From Candidatus Woesearchaeota archaeon (GTDB taxonomy: Archaea; Nanobdellota; Nanobdellia; Woesearchaeales; JAHWHD01), in the NCBI GenBank assembly GCA_019323515.1, contig JAHWHG010000002.1, positions 18,316 through 82,315 of the forward strand: 64,000 nt of DNA. Reading direction: 5' to 3'. Shown in pieces: positions 35,790-43,907 of the stretch. Position numbers and translations under genes: made by a program. The notes beneath the pieces were generated by a model. That model saw only the letters and a program-made list of their open reading frames with translations. It made no database searches and was not told the DNA's origin. How positions within the stretch are numbered: the stretch's first letter is position 1; every line of letters starts with the position of its first letter.

Positions 35790-36134
35790 CTAGAACTCTT
35801 CAATATCTTCAAGTGCCTTGAGCATGCCCTGGCTCTTCAGGTATGCAACCTGTGCAGGCCTGTACTTATAGACAATGTCGCCTTTTTCGTCACCGCCAAG
35901 TTCCCATGGCTCTACAATAACTATGTTTGTCTCGCGTACCCAGAGCTTTCTCTTAAGCCTTCCAGGGATTCTGCAGACTCTTGTTTTTCCGTCAAGGCAG
36001 CGCACGTACATCCTTGAACCGCCCAAGCGTTTCTCCACAATACCAAGAACCTGATTATCTCGAGGAAGCCTTGTCCTTCTAACCTGCTCCTCAATTTCTT
36101 CCTGTCTTGCCTGTTCTTCTTTCTTTCTACTCAT
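35790..36134 (-). CDS. eif1a: Translation initiation factor aIF1A
   Basis: ORF track 114 aa with the S1-like OB core GIVEKRLGGSRMYVRCLDGKTRVCRIPGRLKRKLWVRETNIVIVEPW. Confidence 0.9.
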   Translation of the reverse strand: MSRKKEEQARQEEIEEQVRRTRLPRDNQVLGIVEKRLGGSRMYVRCLDGKTRVCRIPGRLKRKLWVRETNIVIVEPWELGGDEKGDIVYKYRPAQVAYLKSQGMLKALEDIEEF

Positions 36135-36192
36135 TGATGGTTAAAGAAGTGGGTGTGTTTATAAAGTTTTCCATAAGTTTTTATTCATTGTT

Positions 36193-36861
36193 ATGTGCCA
36201 AGGTTTTATGGAGGGTTATATAATCGCTGACTGTGATGGTACTATCCTAGATAGCATCATGCCTCCAAAGTATTTTGCTCTTGAGACTGCGAGGGCATTT
36301 GGCTTTGATGTTGAATTTAAAGATATTGAGATTGTTGATTTTAAGACTTTCATAAAAGGGCTGGGTATTGAGTTTGATAGGTTTTTCTCTAAGTTTAAGG
36401 AGTTTGACACAAGGCATACTGAGAACGGCTTGAATGAGTTGTGTTCAAAAGGACTTATCAAGCCATGGAAGGATACTGGATACTTTTTTGATGAACTTGA
36501 GAGTCGTTATAAGATAGGGGTGTTAAGTGATAACCTGCATGCGTATAGGCAGTTAGAGTTGTTTGGTCTTGAGAAAAGGATACATGGATACAAGGCCTGG
36601 GACAGTTCAATGCCAAGGGAGTGGATCAAGCCAGGTATAGAGCTTGGGTGTGAGCTTCTCTATGAATTAGGTTTTTGCGATAAGCCTGCAAAAGTGTTGG
36701 TATTAGGTGATGCGCCTAATGATGTTTATCTTGGGAATAATCTTAAAGATGTATTAGATGTTGAGGTGGTTTCGTGTTATATTGACAGGTATAATCTTAA
36801 GATTGATGCTGATCATATCTTCAGAAGTCTGAGGGAGTTTGTTGAATTTCTTAAGGGATAG
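36193..36861 (+). CDS. HAD-superfamily hydrolase
   Basis: ORF track 222 aa with motif I IADCDGTILDS (DxDGT) and the late motif LGDAPNDV. Confidence 0.7.
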   Translation: MCQGFMEGYIIADCDGTILDSIMPPKYFALETARAFGFDVEFKDIEIVDFKTFIKGLGIEFDRFFSKFKEFDTRHTENGLNELCSKGLIKPWKDTGYFFDELESRYKIGVLSDNLHAYRQLELFGLEKRIHGYKAWDSSMPREWIKPGIELGCELLYELGFCDKPAKVLVLGDAPNDVYLGNNLKDVLDVEVVSCYIDRYNLKIDADHIFRSLREFVEFLKG

Positions 36862-36883
36862 ATTTATATATAATAAAGTCTGC

Positions 36884-37396
36884 ATGTTCTGTATGAAAAA
36901 AGGGGTAAAGAAGTTAAAGCTAGCAAAGGATGCAGTGATCGCTCCAAACTGGAAGCGTATTCTTGCTTTTATAATTGATTACTTGATAATTGATTTAGTA
37001 GTGCTTGCACCTTTCAAACTGCACATTGAGAGGCTTGTTCCGACAGGGAGTCCATGGACAGCTACTCCGAGTCCTGTTGTTGCTTCAGAGATGATATTCA
37101 TTGCAGGGATTGTACTGGTGCTGATAATGGCTTATTTTACATTTTTGGAATTTTTCCTTAAACAGACTCCGGGAAAGATGCTGTTTAACCTGTATGTAGT
37201 TTCAGAGGTTAAGAAGGAGCTTGGATTTTGGAGGATTCTTTTGAGTAATTTTACGTTTTTTCCTCTGATTCCGATTGTTGCTGTGTTATGGATAGTTGAT
37301 CCCCTGACAATGTTATTTTCAGCAAAGCATCAGAGGATGCTTGAGAAACTTACCAAGATAATGGTTGTAGAGATGAGAGGGTTTAAGGTCAAATGA
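36884..37396 (+). CDS. RDD-family membrane protein
   Basis: WKRILAFIIDYLIIDLVV is followed by 2-3 further TM spans. The start is uncertain: ATG 36884 or 36893, both downstream of atttatatataat at about 36862..36874. The track start 36839 overlaps the previous gene. Confidence 0.55.
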   Translation: MFCMKKGVKKLKLAKDAVIAPNWKRILAFIIDYLIIDLVVLAPFKLHIERLVPTGSPWTATPSPVVASEMIFIAGIVLVLIMAYFTFLEFFLKQTPGKMLFNLYVVSEVKKELGFWRILLSNFTFFPLIPIVAVLWIVDPLTMLFSAKHQRMLEKLTKIMVVEMRGFKVK

Positions 37397-38319
37397 AGCT
37401 GTTGAAGAATAAATGGGTTGCTGCACTTGTTATTATCCTAATACTTTATGGGGTCAGTTACCTGCTTGCGGTTGCTGTTGGAGGTGACTCCAAAGTCTTC
37501 CTTGGAGGGAATGTTGCGCTTATTAGAGTAGCGGGAATGATAACTGTAGATGGCCAGTCTGGAACTTTTTCAGATTCTGGAACCTCGTCTAAAGAGGTTG
37601 TTGCGTATATTGAAGAAGCGAGTGAGAATCCTATGCTGAAGGCGATTGTGATTGACATAAACTCACCAGGCGGAACCCCTGTAGCTTCAAAGGAGATTGC
37701 TGATGCTTTGAAAGAGTCTACAAAGTTTACAGTATGCTATATAAGAGAGGTAGGTGCTTCAGGCGCTTACTGGGTTGCATCTGCATGTGATAAGATTGTT
37801 GCTAATGATCTCTCAATCACCGGGTCGATCGGTGTGATAGGAAGTTATCTTGAGTTTTCAGGTTTTCTTGATAAGTATCAGGTGAAGTATGAGAGAGTGG
37901 TAAGCGGTGAGTATAAGGATATGGGAAGTCCGTACAAGGAGTTGACTGACAGCGAGAGGATATTGTTGCAGAGCACAGTTGATAAGATGCATGATTATTT
38001 TGTTAAAGAGGTTGCTGCTAACCGCGGCATGCAGGTTGAGGATGTCAAGAAGCTTGCAACTGGAGAGGTGTTCCTTGGCCTTGATGCTAAGGAGAACGGG
38101 TTAGTGGACGAGCTAGGTGATATGAAGGTTGTGGAGAGATTGTTAAGGGAGAAACTTAATATCACTAGCATCGAGTATGTTGAGTTCTATAAAGAGAGGA
38201 GTTTCTGGGACCTTGTAAGTGTTTCAATGAGAGAGCCTAGTTATTATGTAGGCAAGGGGATTGGTGATGAGTTTTTCTCTAAAAGCCAGGACAGTCCTTT
38301 ATTGAGTATACGTACCTGA
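37393..38319 (+). CDS. sppA: Signal peptide peptidase SppA (36K type)
   Basis: ORF track 308 aa with an N-terminal TM and ClpP-fold blocks AIVIDINSPGGTPVAS, GASGAYWVASACDKIVAN and SITGSIGV (catalytic Ser). Confidence 0.85.
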   Translation: MKLLKNKWVAALVIILILYGVSYLLAVAVGGDSKVFLGGNVALIRVAGMITVDGQSGTFSDSGTSSKEVVAYIEEASENPMLKAIVIDINSPGGTPVASKEIADALKESTKFTVCYIREVGASGAYWVASACDKIVANDLSITGSIGVIGSYLEFSGFLDKYQVKYERVVSGEYKDMGSPYKELTDSERILLQSTVDKMHDYFVKEVAANRGMQVEDVKKLATGEVFLGLDAKENGLVDELGDMKVVERLLREKLNITSIEYVEFYKERSFWDLVSVSMREPSYYVGKGIGDEFFSKSQDSPLLSIRT

Positions 38320-38359
38320 ACATCTGGTTGTTTTCTTGTAGTAATCTTACAGAAAGAGT

Positions 38360-38378
38360 AAAAAAAATAAAAAAAAAG
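38360..38378 (-). terminator. Oligo-T (gene-strand) terminator after the lysine-rich protein gene
   Basis: Plus-strand aaaaaaaataaaaaaaaag reads as T-runs on the minus strand, 17 nt after the stop at 38395. Confidence 0.45.
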
Positions 38379-38394
38379 AAATCAAGAAGTGAGC

Positions 38395-38571
38395 TTATCT
38401 CTTCTTCTTTTTAGCTTTTTTCTTTGCCTTTTTCTTTGTAGCTTTCTTTTTAGCTTTCTTCTTTTTTCCACCTCGAGCCATTTTAGCTCTTGAGATGTCG
38501 CCTTTCTTGTCTACAAAGTAAAGGTAACCAGCTTCTTTCTTAACTCCAACTTTAGCAACTTTTTCAGCCAT
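38395..38571 (-). CDS. 58-aa protein: short beta-rich head plus lysine-rich tail (candidate nucleic-acid-binding protein)
   Basis: My translation is MAEKVAKVGVKKEAGYLYFVDKKGDISRAKMARGGKKKKAKKKATKKKAKKKAKKKKR. A strong GGAGGT Shine-Dalgarno lies 7 nt upstream of the ATG (38571), with a TATA-like tttatata further upstream and a T-run terminator. It is below the ORF-track cutoff. Confidence 0.65.
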   Translation of the reverse strand: MAEKVAKVGVKKEAGYLYFVDKKGDISRAKMARGGKKKKAKKKATKKKAKKKAKKKKR

Positions 38572-38655
38572 TTTGGTTAACCTCCCCTAATTTTTACAGA
38601 ATTACTCTGTTTATCGTCTATAATACACGAGCAGGTATATAAATGTTTCGCTTTT

Positions 38656-38679
38656 TTCCCGTCGGTGCGTCGTCGGGAA
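38656..38679. promoter_or_regulatory. Palindromic CGTCGG-family element upstream of the lysine-rich protein gene
   Basis: ttcccgtcggtgcgtcgtcgggaa has TTCCCG/CGGGAA arms and contains two CGTCGG cores. It lies just upstream (gene strand) of the GCGAAACATTTATATAC promoter-like sequence. Confidence 0.35.
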
Positions 38680-38733
38680 ATCCTTAACTTTCAAGCAGTG
38701 ATAAATTAAGGTGTTGTGTCGGTGAAGGTTGTT

Positions 38734-38869
38734 GAGCTCTGTCTTAAGACTCGTTCGGCTGCTCAATCTTTTTGCAATGATGTTGTTGAGCACCTAGGGA
38801 CACGTCGAACGAGGTTCGAGTACAGCCCGTATTGCCTCTCTGGCCCTTTGGCGTCTTAAGACAGAGCTC
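38734..38869 (+). repeat. Structured ~135-nt repeat, copy 1
   Basis: It has perfect 17-bp terminal inverted repeats GAGCTCTGTCTTAAGAC...GTCTTAAGACAGAGCTC. These enclose nested helices CTCGTTCG/CGAACGAG and GCTGCTCAA/TTGAGCA. It is ~90 percent identical by eye to 42074..42207. Confidence 0.85.
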
Positions 38870-38895
38870 TTAAGACTCGTTCGGCTGCTCAATCT
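38868..38895 (+). repeat. 28-nt partial third copy of the repeat 5' arm
   Basis: tcttaagactcgttcggctgctcaatct is identical to 38742..38769 and abuts or overlaps the 3' end of copy 1. Confidence 0.85.
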
Positions 38896-38911
38896 GCTGC
38901 TCTTAGAAATG

Positions 38912-38919
38912 TTTTTATA
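38912..38919 (+). promoter_or_regulatory. TATA box inside the conserved AGAAATGTTTTTAT block
   Basis: tttttata lies 22 nt upstream of ATG 38941. The same block follows repeat copy 2 (42223..42230, upstream of ATG 42253). Confidence 0.5.
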
Positions 38920-38940
38920 GAATCAGGGTTTCTAGGGTTT

Positions 38941-39798
38941 ATGCAAGGAAAGATTGAGGTAGGAGGACAGGCTGTTATTGAGGGAGTGATGATGAGGAGT
39001 CCGAATTATGTAGCGGTCTCTGCCCGGACTGATCGGGGTATAGTAACAAAGAGAGAGCGGCTGAGAAAGAAGAAAGCTTTCTTCAAATGGCCTTTTGTCA
39101 GGGGTGTTGTTGGGTTGTTTGAGATGCTTGTCATAGGGATGAAAGCATTGACATGGTCAGCAAACCAGGCTGGTGATGAGGATGAGCAGATGTCGACAAT
39201 GGATATTGTGCTTGTGTTTGTGTTTTCATTTCTCTTTGTTGTGGTCGGGTTTATTGTGGCTCCGTTCTATGTGACTAAGTTAATAGTAGGAAGTTCAGGT
39301 GTTTTGTTCAATCTTGTAGATGGTCTTATCAGGGTTGGGGTGTTTGTTGTGTATCTTCTTGTGATATCAATGATGAAGGATGTGAAGACTGTGTTCCAGT
39401 ATCACGGGGCTGAGCATAAAGCTGTCAATTGCTATGAGGCAGGTCTGAAGCTGAATGTGAAGAACTGCCAGAAGTATAAAACACTGCACCCGAGGTGCGG
39501 TACATCGTTTATTGTGATTGTCCTGGTGGTGAGCATACTTGTTTTTTCCTTGATAACCGGGTCTGTGGTTGTCAGGTTAATGTCAAGGATTTTGTTGTTG
39601 CCAGTTATTGCTGGTTTAAGTTTTGAGTTCCTTAAGTTTGCTGGAAAGCATCATAAGAATATAATTGTAAGGTTGCTGAACTATCCTGGGATGCTTATAC
39701 AGAAAGTGACCACTAAAGAGCCTGATGATAAGCAGGTTGAGGTTGCGATAAAGTCGCTTAAAGAAGTGTTAAGGCTTGAAAAAGGAAAAAGTATATAA
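38941..39798 (+). CDS. DUF1385-family membrane protein
   Basis: ORF track 285 aa. GGQAVIEGVMMRSP...YHGAEHKAVNCYEAG...LHPRCGTSF are the characteristic DUF1385 blocks. Confidence 0.8.
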   Translation: MQGKIEVGGQAVIEGVMMRSPNYVAVSARTDRGIVTKRERLRKKKAFFKWPFVRGVVGLFEMLVIGMKALTWSANQAGDEDEQMSTMDIVLVFVFSFLFVVVGFIVAPFYVTKLIVGSSGVLFNLVDGLIRVGVFVVYLLVISMMKDVKTVFQYHGAEHKAVNCYEAGLKLNVKNCQKYKTLHPRCGTSFIVIVLVVSILVFSLITGSVVVRLMSRILLLPVIAGLSFEFLKFAGKHHKNIIVRLLNYPGMLIQKVTTKEPDDKQVEVAIKSLKEVLRLEKGKSI

Positions 39799-39838
39799 AT
39801 TTAGGATTATTGAATTGGTGTAAAAGAGGTGAAATCAT

Positions 39839-40030
39839 ATGATGAAAGATCTTGCAAAGAATAATATTGGAAAACTTACAGGAGGGCTGTTAATTCTTTA
39901 TGTTGGAATTGTTTATCTGCTGTGGAACATTGGGACAATTCCGTATCATCTGAATGTCTTATGGCCAGGGTTAGTGATAATCCTAGGACTTGGAATACTT
40001 CTGAAGTACTTCCTTGGGCCAAAGAAATAA
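39839..40030 (+). CDS. Small two-TM membrane protein
   Basis: ORF track 63 aa. A GAGGTGA Shine-Dalgarno lies 6-7 nt upstream. Confidence 0.5.
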   Translation: MMKDLAKNNIGKLTGGLLILYVGIVYLLWNIGTIPYHLNVLWPGLVIILGLGILLKYFLGPKK

Positions 40031-40048
40031 ACATTGATATTATTTTTT

Positions 40049-40189
40049 TTATATCTCTTCTAATATATGTCGCTTTACTTTCATAGTCCCTTCTGTGCCG
40101 CAGTAAGGACATCTATGAAATGGTTCTTTCCTGTCTTTCTTTAACGGCTCAATCACAAAGTTGCATTTAGTGCATCTGAACTTTACCAT
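40049..40189 (-). CDS. 46-aa zinc-ribbon protein
   Basis: My translation is MVKFRCTKCNFVIEPLKKDRKEPFHRCPYCGTEGTMKVKRHILEEI, with two CxxC pairs. It is below the ORF-track cutoff. Confidence 0.45.
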   Translation of the reverse strand: MVKFRCTKCNFVIEPLKKDRKEPFHRCPYCGTEGTMKVKRHILEEI

Positions 40190-40234
40190 TTTAAAAAATT
40201 AAAGATGAATTGGTATATAAATGTTGTTAATAAA

Positions 40235-40882
40235 TCAGATGTCAGTTGGTTCCTGGATGTTGAGGATCCTGTAGTTCAGTCCTTGTTCTTTGAAGTTCTT
40301 TTCTACAGTGTCTAGATTGATTGGGTATCTTGGGTTGTCATAGTGCATTGGGATGACAAGGGATGCTTGTGTCTCTTTAGCGAACAGAGCTGCTTCAAAT
40401 GGTCCCATGACAAGGCCATGGTTGCAGACTGGGACAAAGAGGATGTCGCAGGTGTAGTCGTTAGGGAAGCAGATAGTGTCGCCGGTATGGTACAAGGTTT
40501 TTTCTGCCTTGATCATGAACCCAATAGGTTCATTGATCTCTTTTCCGCCTTTAAGTATTGGAAGAAAGCCGTGGACTGCTTTTGTGACCTCTATCCTTAT
40601 GTTGTCGATATTGATTATGTCACCCTGCTTTACAATGTTAGGAGAGAGTTCAGGGTATGCTTTTGCGACCTCATTAGTTGTATAAATTGGTGCTTCGAGT
40701 TTCATAAGAGCGTCAATATTGCAGTGGTCGCTGTGTTTGTGAGTGATAAGGATTATGTTAGCTTGTTTCCAGTCTTCCAGGAAAAGTTCGTTGAAATTGA
40801 TAGTGCCTGGATCTATAAGGATTGTCTTGTTTTGTGTTTCAATAAGGAAACATGATTGAGGGTATCTTGTGATTTTCATCAT
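40235..40882 (-). CDS. MBL-fold metallo-hydrolase
   Basis: ORF track 215 aa with ILITHKHSDHC (the HxHxDH motif) and later His/Asp ligand positions. Confidence 0.8.
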   Translation of the reverse strand: MMKITRYPQSCFLIETQNKTILIDPGTINFNELFLEDWKQANIILITHKHSDHCNIDALMKLEAPIYTTNEVAKAYPELSPNIVKQGDIINIDNIRIEVTKAVHGFLPILKGGKEINEPIGFMIKAEKTLYHTGDTICFPNDYTCDILFVPVCNHGLVMGPFEAALFAKETQASLVIPMHYDNPRYPINLDTVEKNFKEQGLNYRILNIQEPTDI

Positions 40883-40965
40883 ATTGTTGTCTGTTTATTA
40901 TTGTTTATATTGTTTTTGGTTTGTGTTTCAAAAGCTTTTTATATCCCTGTTGATGGGTGTGGGTT

Positions 40966-41418
40966 ATGATAATCATAATAAGAGGAGCAATGGGAGTTGG
41001 AAAGACATCTGTAGCTAAGAAAGTTGCAGAGAAGCTAGGGTTTGAGTATGTCTCAATTGATAAGCTGCTTGAAGAGAATGGACTTGATAAGGTTGAAGGA
41101 AAGTCTATCCCTCTTGAGAATTTCCTGAAAGTTAATAGCATGATACCGCGTGATAAAGATGTTGTGGTTGACGGAAACTTTTATTTTAAGGAAGTTATTG
41201 AAGACCTGGGTGCTGATCTTGTCTTTACTCTGCATGCAAGTTTTGAGGAATGCGTAAGAAGGGATAAAGGAAGGGAGGTCACACTTTATGATGAAGGTGC
41301 AAAGGCATATTATGATTTCTGTAACAGGTTTGAGTTTGGGATAAAGATTGATACTGATGATAAGGCAGAGAGTAAAGTGGTTGAAGAGATAGTTGCAATT
41401 ATAGTTTCCAAACGATAG
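40966..41418 (+). CDS. P-loop kinase-like ATPase
   Basis: MIIIIRGAMGVGKTSVAKKVAEKLG carries Walker A. ATG 40966 is preferred over track GTG 40957 because tttttatatcc lies ~25 nt upstream. Confidence 0.6.
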   Translation: MIIIIRGAMGVGKTSVAKKVAEKLGFEYVSIDKLLEENGLDKVEGKSIPLENFLKVNSMIPRDKDVVVDGNFYFKEVIEDLGADLVFTLHASFEECVRRDKGREVTLYDEGAKAYYDFCNRFEFGIKIDTDDKAESKVVEEIVAIIVSKR

Positions 41419-41452
41419 ATTTTTAAATGAAAGTTTTTTTTGTTTTTCTTCT

Positions 41453-41677
41453 ATGGGACTACGAATGAATATTAAGAGGAGTTATCTGAAAAAAGAGGAT
41501 GGACTTGTAAAGAAGGTTGATGATGTAGTCAAGGACATGGGTGAAGATGATAGAAAAAGGGTAGTTGAGCTGCTGAAGGATTTTTATCATTACGGCCAGG
41601 ATGTTCCTAAAGACATACATGGAGAGCCTTATGACAGGAAACGTATTCTTAATGAGATTGCGAAGTATGCAAACTAA
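41453..41677 (+). CDS. Hypothetical small protein
   Basis: ORF track 74 aa. No motif recognised. Confidence 0.4.
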   Translation: MGLRMNIKRSYLKKEDGLVKKVDDVVKDMGEDDRKRVVELLKDFYHYGQDVPKDIHGEPYDRKRILNEIAKYAN

Positions 41678-41711
41678 GTTTCTTAACATATAAATCCATA
41701 TAAATCTCGTA

Positions 41712-42074
41712 ATGGTACTTAATAGTATGAGCTGGAAGCCAAGCGACTATTATGGAAAAAGGTTTGTGACTGATAAAAGGGAGTATATTATTGATTCTGG
41801 GGGTGTTGTTGAAGGGATTGATGCAAAGGTTGTTGAGATAGCTGGTCTTGAGGAAAATGTGTGGGGCCTGCTGAAGCTTGAGAATTATACTGGAGTTGAG
41901 CTTCCACCTGCATATAAGTTATGCGCTGAGAGGATGATTTCTTTGTATGGTAAACAGCCTGCTGTTGGCTTGCAGTTGATAGTAAGGATGGAGCAGGACC
42001 GGGACCTTGGGCCAAAGCAGCGTGTTCTTGTCACAGATATTGTAAGAGAGATTGTTGATTATTCTAAAGAATAG
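41712..42074 (+). CDS. Hypothetical protein
   Basis: ORF track 120 aa. Its stop codon abuts repeat copy 2. Confidence 0.45.
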   Translation: MVLNSMSWKPSDYYGKRFVTDKREYIIDSGGVVEGIDAKVVEIAGLEENVWGLLKLENYTGVELPPAYKLCAERMISLYGKQPAVGLQLIVRMEQDRDLGPKQRVLVTDIVREIVDYSKE

Positions 42075-42207
42075 GCTCACTTTTAAGACTCGTTCGGCTG
42101 CTCAATCTTTTTCTAAACATGTTGTTGAGCACCTAGGGACACGTCGAACGAGGTTCGAATACAGCCCGTATTGCCTCACTGGCCAATTGGCGTCTTAAAA
42201 CCGAGCC
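42074..42207 (+). repeat. Structured ~135-nt repeat, copy 2
   Basis: GGCTCACTTTTAAGAC...GTCTTAAAACCGAGCC are the terminal arms. The internal helices match copy 1, and it is followed by the same AGAAATGTTTTTAT promoter block. Confidence 0.85.
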
Positions 42208-42252
42208 TAAAGAATAGAAATGTTTTTATTCTTACCATTTGTCAAGTTTTGT

Positions 42253-42891
42253 ATGGAGAAGAATACGTTTAAGGAACTGCAAAAGTATTTCAGGGGTGAG
42301 AAGGTTAAGCCAAAGGCAATGAAAGATATATCTGAGTTCAAGGACCTTTGCATAATGGGGTCAATGTCGTATGCTTATGCTGGTGGCGGTTGTTTTGCTG
42401 ACCTGACTAAACTTTACATTGGCCAACACGGTGATTATTTTGGTGATGTTCTGAGAGGTAGAAGGGTGATTGAGATCGGCGCTTTTGACAAGCCGCTTGC
42501 TGATATTGTGCTTGAGCTGGGTGCGAAGGAGTATGTTGCTGTTGACAGTTCAAGAGGGATGATAGAGAGGACAAAAAGTATGCTTAAGGGGAAGAAGAGG
42601 TGCAGGGTTGTGTTCAGCGACGCGCTTAAGTATCTTTGCAAGCAGAGGGATGGTTCTGCTATTGTTGTTAGTTCCGGTGTGATTACACTAGAGACAATAC
42701 GAAACCCTGATTATATCAGGTTTCTTGTCCAGGAGATAAGGAGGGTGACACCTGAAGGCGGGTGCACGTTCCATACAATAGGTAAAGGTGATATCCTGTA
42801 TAAAGATTATTTCTATAACGGAGGGTTTAGACAGCCTTGCTACAGTTTTAATAAATGGGTAGCTGAGCAGGCTGTTATACTTGAAAAATGA
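42253..42891 (+). CDS. Class I SAM-dependent methyltransferase
   Basis: VIEIGAFDKPLADIVLELGAKEYVAVDSS is a motif I-like Gly/acidic pattern. ATG 42253 is preferred (TATA 42223..42230), since the track start 42220 lies inside the promoter block. Confidence 0.65.
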   Translation: MEKNTFKELQKYFRGEKVKPKAMKDISEFKDLCIMGSMSYAYAGGGCFADLTKLYIGQHGDYFGDVLRGRRVIEIGAFDKPLADIVLELGAKEYVAVDSSRGMIERTKSMLKGKKRCRVVFSDALKYLCKQRDGSAIVVSSGVITLETIRNPDYIRFLVQEIRRVTPEGGCTFHTIGKGDILYKDYFYNGGFRQPCYSFNKWVAEQAVILEK

Positions 42892-43406
42892 AGGTAAGGA
42901 TTGTTAAAGGTGACATAACAGAGCAGCCTGTTGATGTTATTGTGAATGCTGCGAACAGGACTCTTCTGGGAGGAGGGGGTGTTGATGGTGCAGTGCATAG
43001 CAAGGCTGGACCAAAACTGCTTGAGGAGTGCAAGAACATACGAAGGGAGAAGTATCCTGACGGGCTTCCAGTCGGACAGGTTGTTATAACTGAGGGTTAT
43101 AACCTTGCTGCCAGGCATGTGATACATACAGTAGGGCCAGTATATTACCCTGCTAAGGACCAAAGCATGTTGTTAGCCTATTGTTTCAAGAATTCACTTG
43201 ATCTAGCTGAGAAGAATAAGTTAAGGAGCATAGCATTTCCTGCTATATCGACAGGGGCTTACAAGTATCCTATAGAAGAGTGTGCAAAGATTTCTAAAAG
43301 GGTTTTTGAGAACTATGATTTTGTTAATATAAAGGAAGTTGTGATGTGTCTTTTCACTGATTCTGCTTATCAGATCTTTAAGAAAGTTTATGGCGGAGAG
43401 CTTTAA
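42888..43406 (+). CDS. Macro domain protein (ADP-ribose / O-acetyl-ADP-ribose hydrolase type)
   Basis: ORF track 172 aa with KGDITEQPVDVIVNAANRTLLGGGGVDGAVHSKAG...IAFPAISTGAYKYP. ATGA overlap with the methyltransferase gene. Confidence 0.9.
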   Translation: MKVRIVKGDITEQPVDVIVNAANRTLLGGGGVDGAVHSKAGPKLLEECKNIRREKYPDGLPVGQVVITEGYNLAARHVIHTVGPVYYPAKDQSMLLAYCFKNSLDLAEKNKLRSIAFPAISTGAYKYPIEECAKISKRVFENYDFVNIKEVVMCLFTDSAYQIFKKVYGGEL

Positions 43407-43411
43407 GAGAA

Positions 43412-43903
43412 ATGTTTATTAAGTCTGGGAAAATTACCTTGCTCATGAAAAGTTTATCTATGTTATCTATGCTGTTTATCTTGATAGGTGTAGTGCTTAC
43501 ACTTGAGAGTTTTAATATTGTTGAGGGTGTGAGTGTGCACTGGCCAGGTTTATTGCTGTTGATAGGAACAGGTTTTCTTGTGCTGTTTATGGAGAGGAAG
43601 AATGATGCTGCCTTGGTATGGATAGGTTCATTTTTGGTTTTCCTGAGTGCTTTTTTTTATTACCTTAACTACACTTCATGGAAGTCCCTGGCAAGGTTGT
43701 GGCCAGTGTTCCTTGGAATTGTAGGGTTGAGCTTTTTTTGTGTTAATGTGTTTATCAAGAAAAAGGTGTATGCGTATCTATCAGTAATATTTGTGTTTTT
43801 GTTTGTTGCGCTTTTCATTGTGTTTACTGTATCATTGAGGTTGTGGCCTCTATCCTTGGTTTTTTTTGGTATAAGTTTATTAATAATTGATTATTTTAAG
43901 TGA
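43412..43903 (+). CDS. Polytopic membrane protein
   Basis: ORF track 163 aa with 5 hydrophobic spans. Confidence 0.5.
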   Translation: MFIKSGKITLLMKSLSMLSMLFILIGVVLTLESFNIVEGVSVHWPGLLLLIGTGFLVLFMERKNDAALVWIGSFLVFLSAFFYYLNYTSWKSLARLWPVFLGIVGLSFFCVNVFIKKKVYAYLSVIFVFLFVALFIVFTVSLRLWPLSLVFFGISLLIIDYFK

Positions 43904-43907
43904 TATC

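Noticed and set aside
38611-38793. 60-aa minus-strand ORF
   Set aside because: It spans the promoter region of the lysine-rich protein gene and the 5' arm of the structured repeat, with no start signals. The region is better explained by non-coding elements.
40343-40855. 170-aa plus-strand ORF (and 40476..40685) opposite the MBL-fold hydrolase gene
   Set aside because: It is antisense to a gene with the HxHxDH motif, and its translation is Cys/Phe/Val-rich with no motif.
42150-42175. GGTTCGAAT in repeat copy 2 as a tRNA T-arm or tRNA fragment
   Set aside because: The flanking bases do not form a 5-bp T-stem, and no acceptor or anticodon arm can be built. Copy 1 has GGTTCGAGT at this position.
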